A stretch of DNA of 60,000 bases from assembly GCA_965235115.1 (NCBI GenBank), contig OZ249436.1:10852001-10912000 (forward strand), read 5' to 3'. A program made the translations under genes and the position numbers. The notes under the pieces were generated by a model. The model was given only the letters and a program-made list of their open reading frames with translations. It did not search any database and was not told the origin of the DNA. Position 1 is the stretch's first letter; each line of letters opens with the position of its first letter. This document shows, in pieces, positions 21,707 to 32,665 of the stretch. This stretch comes from Laetmonice hystrix (taxonomy: Eukaryota).

Positions 21707-24700
21707 ATGGTCATGGAACAGTCACATCAGCTGACCAGCGAACAAGCACCCTCCCCACAAGGTGTTGGGCGGGAGTTTGTCAGGCAGTATTATACTGTCA
21801 TGAATGAGGTGCCAATGCACCTCCATCGGTAAGTATTGGGCATTAAGTCATGCAGATAGTTGTAAACTACATAATAGGCAGTGCTTGGTGTTTGAGATAG
21901 ACTACTTATCATTTTCCCAGGTTTATCCATTGGGTGCTAAATTATGTAAATTATTACTATTTTTAGTTTTTTCAGTTGAAGGTCTGGATTTTATTGACAT
22001 ATACCGTTAAAGACATAATGTCTGTCTATTAAATTGTGGAAAGTTGTAATAAAATTGAACATGCGGTATGCAAAGTTAAAGGATGCAGTGCACTAAGTGT
22101 TATAAGAGCATCTTCCCACAGGCTATCTCCAAGGCCTATTATCTGAAGGGGCCATTTGGTGTAAAGAATTGCATCCATAATTTTTTCTGTATTAGAACCA
22201 TTTTCTTGTAAATATATAATCAATAAATACCAGTTAATTAAGGCACTAGAGTGTTGCCAGAAGTTGGTTTCCATGTGCTGCAGGAATAAGGGGCTCACGA
22301 TTTATTATTTGATTTGAAAATTTAGTGGTAGAGTGAAGTTGGCCTTGCAATGATGTTGTAATTTGCGTCTGATAGTAAGTATGGTGATGGTTGCCTACCA
22401 TCATATAGCCATCTTGCTGAACTGACGAGACTTGTGTCTCTGAGCAAGCAATACATTTTAAAAGATTTAATAAGGAAAATCAAAAAATATTCAAGAGCTC
22501 TACACTTTGCATTTTGTCTAAATGCGATAACCAGATTGTAACTTAAGTTTATGATCATAAATTTGTGCACTCTAACTTTAAATGTGACAATCGAATCTCA
22601 AATAAGACACCAGACAGACTACCAGATTTTCTACCCCTTGGGGATCGGCTTCTTTTTGGCCCTTTCTCTTTAAAAAAAGAAGAAATTCTCACCACCATGT
22701 GCTGTAGTAATATACCTGGGCTCCAGTTGCTACTGTTTGCCATTGTTGCCAGTTTAGACAAAAAATATTTCTTTGGCGACTCGGACCAAAGGACCAGTTG
22801 GCGAATAATTTGGCGCCCAGTTTTTTTTAGATATATTTTTTTTATCATCCTATCCATTTGGTGCCAAAAATGGCTCCTACCTTTTTTTGGACTTTGTAAA
22901 CCGACTTTCGAAAGAAATTATATGCATATTTGTTTCCGTGGGAAAATCCTTAATTTCGATCCCTGAATATAGTGAATGTTGATAACAGTACATGTATAGT
23001 TTAGTGGTAGAGTGAGTTGGGTCTTGCAATGATGTTGTAATTTGCGTCTGATAGTAAGACTGGTGATGGTTGCCTTCCATCATAAAGCCAACTTGCTGAA
23101 CTGACGAAATTTGTGTCTCTGAGCAAGCAATAGTTTTAGAAAAGTTCTAGGTAATTGCATAAAACTACACTTTGCATTTGCATATTTATACCAGTTGCAA
23201 AGTGATATCAGGAATGTGGGTTGAAGTCATACCTCTGCTGTCAACATTTAAATGTGAATACAATTCAATCCTTAAATATTATTAACATTCCAGTTTCCAT
23301 GACCTAATCAGGGTTCTCACCAGAAATCTAGCGTCGTGCCTACTAGTGATCAAACCAAGGGAAAACCCTGGTTAGGGCTACAGCCAGTACAGGAGGGGCA
23401 AAGCCCCCTCCCCCTCCCAAGCTCTGGTAATTTAGGCTATTTTAGAGCTCTTGTAATCTAGATAGTCAGATGAGAAAGGTTTGCTAACCTGGACAGTAAA
23501 CGAGCGACATTTTACTGGTATTCCTGTGGGTTCTGTTGAATTTAGACAAGTTTTTGCTGCTGCGCTTGTCAAGAGACAGTATAGTGTCCTCAAAGACAGC
23601 GTAGCAGCCTAAATGCACAGCGTAGCGGCCGCTACATAGATGCAGAAAAAGGATGTCGAGAACACTACGAATGGGGCAGGGTGGGGGTGGGAGTTTCTTT
23701 CATCCAGTCTTTTTAGGGGGGAGAATTCTGATGTAGCGACCATTCTTGAAGGCATGCAAGCATAAGTTTGTGCAGCATGGTCCACCAACAGTAAAGTATT
23801 TTCCATTTTTTTCCATGATTTAATTTATTTCAACAGGTTAAGTAAAATATACTAGTAGTAGTAGCCCTCAAATGACAAAAATGGTCTTGCAGTGATGTTA
23901 TAATTTGCGTCTGAAAAGGGATTCTGGTGATGGTTGCCTACCATCACGAAGCCAGGTCGCTGAACTGACGAGAATTGTGTATCTGAGCAAGCACGTTAGG
24001 TTTTTTTTGTAAAGGAAAACCAAAAAGGTAACCTGAAAGCCTGATTGATCAGAGCTCACGAATATTTCTTTCTGACAGTAGGGGTAGGCCGTGATGTAAC
24101 CTGAATGTGGACAAGACTGTTGGAGTAGGAGGCCACCACCTGTAGAACTTTTCAGAGAAACTTAAAAGGCATGACATGCTGTCGACATCAAATGATGTCG
24201 ACATAGAACACGGCAAATTCAATCCACATGCAAAAAATGATGATGACCAGTTACCTGCTCAGGGTTTCCGCCAGAAAAAAATTAGGGTACGGACCAGAGG
24301 AGGGGTTAGGGTTCGCCTAACCCTAACTGCTGTTACAAATATGTGAATTAATCAAATAAAGACTGCATATCTGTACAACGTTATATTTGATTCCTTCAAG
24401 TTGCCCAAGGCATCAGCAGGAGGTTTTTATCACTTCATGGAAAAAACGATTTGGAGGGTACGGATCCGTACCATGGAAATATTTTAGGGTACCCATTTTA
24501 CCTGCTGGTGGATACCCTGCTGCTGTAATTGGGAAATGGCTTGCCAAACTGATGAGACAGTTGTGTTTCAACAAGGCATATTCTTTGACTAAGATGGGTT
24601 TGGCTTTTTTTGTTTACCCAGAGCACACTCTCACATGGGCACAGTGAGCAAGACACCATAACTAATGATATATGACGGAAGTTTATTGTCATCACTCAGA

Positions 24701-27700
24701 TATGACATCACAGTACTTTTGGAACTGTTCTAGACTTAAACAATAGGGCCTCATTTCTAACGTCACAATAACGCCTTTTACCTGCCTGTGGCACTGCCAG
24801 GGGACACAGTGGACACTGTCAAAGCATTTTCAGCAACAGGCTGCTCTAGAAATCCTTTTAATTTCAGAAACGATATTTGCAGGTTTCTAAAGATCAACAT
24901 TCCACTTCCTGTGGTTAAAATAAGTAAAAGAAAGGAAGAAAAAAATTATGTAAATTTGAGTGAAATTCTCCCTTGCTCACCACACCGTGAGCATCCTCCT
25001 TAGCTGTCTCAAGTCTCACGGAAATTTTGTGAGCAAATCTCGCGAAAAGTGCTGCTCACAAAAACAAAAAAATGGCGTGCTGTGCTCAGCCTGGGTCAGC
25101 TCACGTAAATGCTGCTCAGCTCGCGAAAAGTGCTGCTCAGGTCACAAAAAATAAACAAAAAACTGGGTCCTGATCCATGGGAACCCTGTTAGCACCTGAT
25201 TCAGGTTTTTTTTTGGTATGATCATTACAAAAAGTTTTACCACTGGCTCATATTGATTATATATAATTGACAGATTCTACAGTAAGCACTCCAGCTTTGT
25301 GCATGGTGGCGTGGAGAAGCCTGGAGAGGAGCAGCCACCTGCTGTGGGTCAGGAGGTAAGTTGTTGGCTTTCTGCGGCAACAAACTTTTATCTTCGCATG
25401 ATACCATGATTTTGCACATGGTAACAAGATTCTGGTTGGTGTAACTTAGAACAATATCAATAAATCGCAAGAAAATTTGTTGAAACCCTTAGTTTTCATA
25501 TAACACTTATTTAGTAAACACCATTTGAATAAGAGTAACATTCTTGTAGCCATGCTGGTGAAATGTAAAGTTCTTTAAAATGTAAGCCATGAAAGTAAAC
25601 TTTTATGAGTGAGTTTATGTGCATCACCTTTCTGCCTCAAACAGAAAGAATGTTACAAGTACTCAAGTCTATTTTGGTTTTGATTTTGTAGCAAATCCAC
25701 AAAAAGATTTGTTCCCTGAACTTCAAAGATTGTCGTGCCAAGATACGTCAGGTAGACTGCCAGGCTACTGTAGGTAATGCAGTTCTTGTCCAGGTAAATT
25801 CAACACCAGTTTTTTATACTTTTTCACACCACTCAGGGATCTCTCTAGGGTAGAAATAAAGTGCTCACCTTTGGCGCGCCCAAGAGTATAATGGCAATCG
25901 ATGCATCTAATTTCATGGCCAGGGGTTCGGGGGCCCTGAAAACTGGGGGGGTAAAGATGATCTGCCACTGAATTTCCTGTATTTTCCTATGGTTAAAGCC
26001 GGGGAATGTTCATTTTCTTGGTTAAATAAAAGGATGAAAAAAATAACGACGATAATTGATTTTCAAGACTAATTTTGAGAGGGTGTCACTTGCGCTGAGT
26101 AGCATGTTGCTGAAACTGAAAGTGAGCTGCAAAATACAAGCAGACTGGCGATAATTTTTAGAAGCGTGTTCGGCGCAACACGCAAAAGCACCTTAGTGAG
26201 GTCCCTGACACTAATTGGCAGATTGAAATGTAAAATTAAATGAACCAAAGTTGGTAAATTTCTAGCAGTATACCTACTGATGATCCTTAAAGTACAAAGG
26301 ATAAAGAATCATAAATGCATGATAATGCTATCTCCCCACATCCTGATATTTATATTCTAAATAAAGAATTAGACTTTTTTTCTTTGCATGGAAAAGTTCT
26401 GATCAAATAGTTAACAATATCCAGAAAAATGTTTCTTTATTGATATGTTGAAAAAAAAATCTTCTCAGTATTGGACCTGAGCTTAACCCAATTTAATGCC
26501 ATTTGTTTAAGGTTACGGGAGAGTTGTCGAATGCTGGCCAGCCAATGCGCCGCTTCATGCAGACATTTGTGCTGGTACCGCAGGCTGCCAAGCAGTACTA
26601 TGTACACAATGACATCTTTCGCTACCAGGATGAAGTTTTCCATGACAATGATACGGACACTGAACCCCAGGAGGAGTCTGTTGGTATGTATCAGCCTTTG
26701 TCCGTGGCACTCCAATAATGCATGAAATCATTATCATTTAGTCTTACATCCTATTTTTGAGAATGAAACATTTTTGTAAAACATAGAGGAAGTGCAGCTG
26801 ATTGGTTAATATACACTGTATAACAAAAGATTACAATATTAGATCAATTATATAACATTTTCTGAATCAAATATGTCATCCAGTCCAAAGTTGTAAATAA
26901 TTGACCAATCAATTGTACTTCAATTTTAAAGTTGAAATGCATTGCTTGTAGTGTTTGGTGAATTTTATATTAGAAAAATTACATGGCTATTTGAAAGTTT
27001 AAGTACCTAAGATAGATGTGGTAAAGAAAAAGTGTCTGTATGGTACCGTGCCTGCTGTTGTGATTTTGAAATCTTGGACTGCAGTGTATTTATAAAGCAT
27101 GACATTTTCATAATAGAGATGTAGTATGTCTTGTGTAGTTGATATATAACTGCAGTGTGTGGGTGGCGGTGACTACAGCAGCAATAGAGGCATCATTGCT
27201 GCAATGTTTTGTGATTAACAGCAAGTTGTGTGTGTAACCCCCCATGTGCCTGTCCTCTTTTTCAGACTCTGACCTGTCTGTTGCAGACTCGGATCTGGAC
27301 GATGCTGTAGAGACCAGCACCGGACAGGAAAGTGCCCAGAGCCCCACTGTATCAAATCCTTACTTTGAGGCTCCTCAGGCAACACCCATGAGGTATGTGT
27401 TTCAGCACGATGCCAGCGGGTAAGTTTTCTACAAACTAATGTGGGACTGTCAGCAAGTCTCGCCATTCACGCTATCGATGGAATAACATGGCTCATGCAC
27501 ACACCTGACATACTGTGGTGGTGAAACACCCATTTCATTCTTACTTGAATTCTGGTAGGAAAGTTCTATGCTCTCCAACTAAATTTAACACGTCAAATAT
27601 AAAACAATATTTAAGTAAGATTTTTTTGCTGCACACCTGAGATCTTTTCTAACCCTTTTCAGACACATATATGCAGTCACATGGTGTCGGGCTAGACCCA

Positions 27701-30700
27701 GAAAAATTCCAAAAGTAAACTTTTTCTAAAGAATAATTGACTAAGGAGCCTGCAAGTCGATAAATGCATAACCTGACTTTGACAGTCCTTACAAAGAGTA
27801 TGTGCAGAAGAAGATAGTTGCATTGGTGCCTAGCAAACAGTTGCAGTTCATGGTATGCCTTTAATTTTGAAACTGACGTCCAGATTTAGAAGAAGATAAC
27901 GAAAAATCTATTAAAATTAGGTAGTGGATTGAGAGTAGAAAAATAACTGAAAAAAAGTCTTGTAGTTCTTCTTGCATAACATTTCATGATATGACTGCAG
28001 ATGAATGTTCAACTTTGGAGTTTCATGAATGAAGGATTCTGGTCGGATAGTGAATTGTTACTGTGAAAAATCTAACCAAAAGTAATGGTCACTTGATTAA
28101 TTTTACTTTTAAGTTAATCTTTTTCCATAATTCTTTTAATGTTCGTTAGAAAAACACTAAACAAATTAACCTAGTTTTGAAGTATGTTAATGTATGATTT
28201 GCAGATTTTAAGTTTGGTTTGAGTATCATGTTAACCTATCTTAAGCTATGGTATCAGCAAGTATAAAGAGGGAATATCGATCTTTTCAATGTTTTTGTCA
28301 TTTCTAAGTTAAATACCTGTAATAGTGCCTGTTTCTTTGAGCCAGTCTGACCTCAAAGGGCTGAAAAAGCCATTGATCAAGGCTTGACACTCGCATTTAT
28401 AAAATTGTTGGATTGGTTTGTCTCAGTAAGGACTTTTGTTTTAGTCGAATGAACCCATTTGTTGTTGTTGCAGTAATGGCACAGCACATGTTGACGAGCG
28501 TGTGGAGTCTCCTCCCCCAAAACCAGTTGAAGAGCCTCCCAAGGTAGAGGAGCCACCGCCTACAGAGGTGTTTGAACAGAAAGTAGTGGAAAAAATTCCT
28601 GAACCGGAGCCTGCACCTGCTCCTACAGGTATGTAGAGGAATCTAAATTGAAATCAAAGTCATTGTTGTGTCCAGTTTAAAAAAAAGCCCCTTAACTCTC
28701 TTAACATCCACAGACACTGATATCTGTGACCATGTGTACTTAAAAGAATACAGATACTGATGTTATAAATAGGATAAGGGAATGATGAGATTTTCACTTG
28801 GAATGTTTATGTGTACATAGCAACATGGTTATAAGGTGCTCTTCTGTTGATAATTTAAGGGCCTCCTGTCCGGGTCAGCTTTGCCGCTATGTTGAGCAAA
28901 CCGGCATCTGGTGGCGTGGCACAACCTGCCGGGCCACCACCCGCTGCGCCAAAGCCAGTCTCGGGACCTGTGGTGAAGATTGATGTGAAGAGCCCTGAAA
29001 GTACAGCGCCAGCTACCGGACCGCAGCCGCAGAGAACACCACGGTCAGTTTTCAGAAGTTACCTTTGTCAGTTTTTCCATACTTTCAGCCTCCTCAGTTA
29101 GGTCAGCAAGTAATTCATATGTTCTGGCATATTATTTTTTGGTAATATGCTTTGAGCTCAGAGTGCAGGCACTGGAAAAGTGAGCACATTAAAGAGGGTT
29201 CCAGACAGTAAGTCCATTTTTATTGTCCAGGTTAATAGCTGAGGCACTGTCAAATTTCAGACTCGCAGAAGAAGGCCTTCCCCAAAGGTAAGGCCCGCTG
29301 AATGAATGCCTAGATAAGAGTTCACGAAGTTCTGCCAAGAAACTAACAAGCTTCACTATTCTGTTACAGTGATTACTAAAAACCAGTGTCGGGCTACCAT
29401 ACATTTCATTAGCTTCTCAGTTAACCATCCTTGTTCCATGTTTCTGCATCACAGTTAAAAATGGCTGACCTGTACTCTACCGTAAGGTGTAGTGTTATTG
29501 ATAACATGATCCAGTTGGTTGGGTTTATCAAACCTGACCTTTTGTATCGTTCCATTAAAATATACCCACATCCTAATATTCGTGTAACAGTGAGCAAGAG
29601 TTTAACTCTATCTCCACAGCCTGATGAAGGGCTGAATGAATATAGGGCACTACAGGGGTTGGCCTAGATCTAGATCAATGGTTTACCGGTCATTGCTATG
29701 TACCGCTATAGTAGATGAGGATAGCAAGTTTGTGACACCAGAGTGTTGGATCAGCTCTGTCATTGGGAGGGCCAAATGAAGGCACCTTGGGGGTGGGTGG
29801 GGTGGGTGGGTGGGTTTAATACACAAAAATTTCTCATATTTTCCTTCAACCTGACTGGCATCTCTGATGATCATGGCAGTAATCCACAGCTCCCCAATGT
29901 CCTGTCATCACGAGAGTGATAACTCTTGTGAAACAACTTGGCCATGTGCAGGATGCCCCCTCGAACTCGATGTTAACTAAGGGAGTAAAAGTATGATTTT
30001 AAAAGTTAAGCCTCTAGAGAAGCATTATTTACCCATAGATACAGGTATCAAACACAGTATGGAACTTTTTATCCACCTTAATCTAGTTTTTAAGTGTCCC
30101 ACTCCACCAACTCCTGACCTATAGTCATAAAAGGACTCTCGCATTTTAAAATTTATGAGAGGGGACGGGAGCAAGAGCAATTTCGCTTCCATCTATTTGC
30201 AGGGTCTGCATTTTTATCAGAACTGAAGGAAAAGACATTCTGACAAAATTAGCAAATGCTTCCTGTAATAGAATAAGTTTCTGACATGCTCTATTAGTAT
30301 TGTAGGCCTACCTATCCTATATCTGTTTCGAACAAACTGCATTTCTTTGCCTCTCTTGCATCTTGATCTGTTTTTTTTTATACACCTGCTTCATATAACA
30401 ATACTTCAGTTCTGCCCAGGTAACACTCTCAATGAAGTTCACATTTACTGTAAAATTTTGTTTTATGTTCATCGCAAAGTTATCTCAATATATCCAATGT
30501 AGGATTAGACATGTTCCGAATAAAAACTTGCCTTTGATGCACAGACCAGATGGACCCAATTGAACTTTCCAGTCAAAGACCATAAACAGAGATTTGATTG
30601 CCTTTCAGACCAGCACGTGAGCGTACAACTCGCGAGTCGCGGGATGGAAGCCGTAACCCAGGTGACGGAGAAGATTCAAGACGACCTCGTCACCCAGACA

Positions 30701-32665
30701 GCCACCAGGTGTTTGTTGGCAACCTTCCTCACCAGATGACTGATGACGACCTTCGGTCATTCTTTGAAGGTATACCTAAACTGTCTCTCAATATGGCAGG
30801 GTTCCCACGGTCATGAAAAGTCATGGAAAATGAAATTTGTTTTTTTCGGGCCTGGAAAAGTCATGGAAAATAGAAAAACGAGGGAGAGTCATGGAAAGGT
30901 CATGGAATTTGAAATTTCCTTTGAACCACATTTCAGTTTCTGCATGTTAGGTCCACGACTTACTATATAGGGGCCAATTCTGGGATTTTAATGTATTTTG
31001 TTACTTTTATCCGGAATTGGTTTGGAAAAGTCATGGAGAAGTCATGAAATTTCAGTATAGCCAACCTGTGGGAACCCTGTATGGGTCCGAGCATTATCAG
31101 AACATGGTGAAGATTTAGTCTTGAGTGGACAATAATTTGACACTCTTTAGTGAAAAAAGGGTCCGGATTTTTAGTAATGATCTGGAATTTCGGAATTGTA
31201 AAGCAACAACTTATTTTTAAGCCGAATTTAAAACTGATATAAGTAATGAATGCTCTGTGAAAGATCAACATACAGGCATGGCCGATTCTTATTGACCGAT
31301 GCCTGGGGCAAGTTGATAGAATGGTCAGGCTAGACAATAGCCCAAGGGCATGTGGATGTCGGAGCCGGGCAAGTGGAATTTTGTAATCCACTTGTCCTGT
31401 GGCAAGTGATCAATTTGAAAAATCGTTCACCCTTGACATATTCAGTGGATAGGAGTAGATTTATTGCACCAAGCCTTAAGCAGAGAATGGCTAAGTCGGG
31501 CTTTGTTAAACAAAATGTGACTATATAAGTGCAAAATATAAACGTTTTCATACTAGCTAACATATTATGTTGTATTTTTCTTACAGTCTTTGGCAAGGTA
31601 GTGGATCTGCGAATCAACAAGAAGACGGCACTTAATCCAAATATACCTGTATGTATAACTTGTAGTGTCTGTTAAGTTTATAACCAGAGGGGGGAAGATT
31701 AATCATAGCTGAATCTCAAAGGACCCAAAATGTCCCCTATTTATATCAGATGGGGCCGCACTATGCTGGCAACCTAGTATTGACCATGCATTCTCACAGA
31801 GGCTATGAAAGAGTGGCCCATACCGAATGTAATATACTGTTGTTAAATTTATGCAAACTATTCTACCAGTCCTCACCCCCACGCTAAAAGAAAAGAACCT
31901 GAAAAAGATCAGCCCATACATTTGTATTTGATAGAAAATATAAGATTGTGACAGAAATGCGTCAGGAGAGACTAGAGCAGACCAACCGCAGTGTGCCGGA
32001 AATTCTTTACAAATGTTTACAGATGATGCTTCTGAAAACGATTTTAAGGTATGATAGAAGTCTACATCTGTTAATAATTCTATATATTTTAATTCGTTTT
32101 TTAATTGTTGCCTTTTCATTGCAGAATTACGGTTTCATTGTGTTTGATGATTACAAAACTGTTCAACGTGTGCTTGGGCACAAAGGGGTAAATATCTTTG
32201 AAAACATAACCTTTTGATATTATCAAATCCTGAAAGAAAAAAGACTCAGATTCAAAGAAGCTTAGATTCAAAGAAGCTGTGTTTTTATTTGGACCTGGAT
32301 GTAAATGTAAAATATTTTTCCTTATAATCGTCAGCTTTTGAGTTTATTTAGTTGCCCTGTGTCTTGGTGCCCTACCAATTTGTACTGAGCATGATCAATG
32401 CCTTTTTCAGGGTTTTACACTGAAAGGCGGACATCGGTTGAATGTTGAGGAGAAAAAGCAGCGAGGAGAGAGTGGCCGGCCGGGAAGTGGTACCCGTGGG
32501 GGTGGGCGTGGTGGCAGCACTGGCCCAGGCCGTGGTGGACCCCGTGGCGGTGGGCGCGGTGGTCCAGGTGGCCCAAGACCAGACAACAGAGAGCGGTCTG
32601 GAGACCGACCAGCTCGTGGAGGTGGAGGTGGCGATAGGGGAGGGTTCTCCGGGCCACGCCGCTAA
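21707..32665 (+). CDS. G3BP: Ras GTPase-activating protein-binding protein G3BP (G3BP1/2, Rasputin ortholog)
   Basis: Exons 21707-21828, 25274-25355, 25692-25793, 26512-26683, 27266(or 27287)-27392, 28474-28628, 28860-29043, [29261-29287 optional], 30609-30769, 31587-31648, 32125-32187, 32411-32665. Domains: NTF2-like ([19 protein letters not shown]...RRFMQTFVL...[12 protein letters not shown]), acidic/Pro-rich linker, RRM ([23 protein letters not shown]), RGG tail. AATAAA near 34040. Confidence 0.96.
22344..22448 (+). ncRNA. SNORD16: C/D-box snoRNA U16 (SNORD16) homolog, copy 1
   Basis: Terminal stem CTTGC/GCAAG, box C ATGATGT, guide GTAATTTGCG complementary to conserved 18S CGCAAAUUAC, D' CTGA, internal TGATGG-TTGCCTA-CCATCA hairpin, C'-like TGACGA, box D CTGA. 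Matches the recalled vertebrate U16 start TGCAATGATGTCGTAATTTGCGTC and end CTGAGCA. Confidence 0.9.
23023..23127 (+). ncRNA. SNORD16: C/D-box snoRNA U16 (SNORD16) homolog, copy 2
   Basis: Same boxes, guide and terminal stem as copy 1; the flanks are also duplicated. Confidence 0.9.
23886..23991 (+). ncRNA. SNORD16: C/D-box snoRNA U16 (SNORD16) homolog, copy 3 (more diverged)
   Basis: CTTGC-AGTGATGT...TAATTTGCGTCTGA...GTGATGG-TTGCCTA-CCATCAC...CTGACGA...CTGA-GCAAG. Confidence 0.88.
24260..24519. mobile_element. MITE with CAGGGT TIRs and 5-bp TSD
   Basis: CAGGGTTTCCGCCAG...CTGGTGGATACCCTG flanked by CTGCT; same TIR family as the element at 20617-20825. Confidence 0.8.
30797..31079. mobile_element. 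MITE with CAGGGTTCCCAC TIRs and 5-bp TSD
   Basis: Perfect 12-bp TIR, flanked by TATGG, with internal AGTCATGGAA repeats. Confidence 0.85.

Noticed and set aside
28780..28850. ATGATGAGATTTTCACTT resembling the start of U18 snoRNA
   Set aside because: Lacks the U18 guide (GGTCCGTGTTTC) and a properly placed box D or terminal stem, and runs into the exon acceptor.
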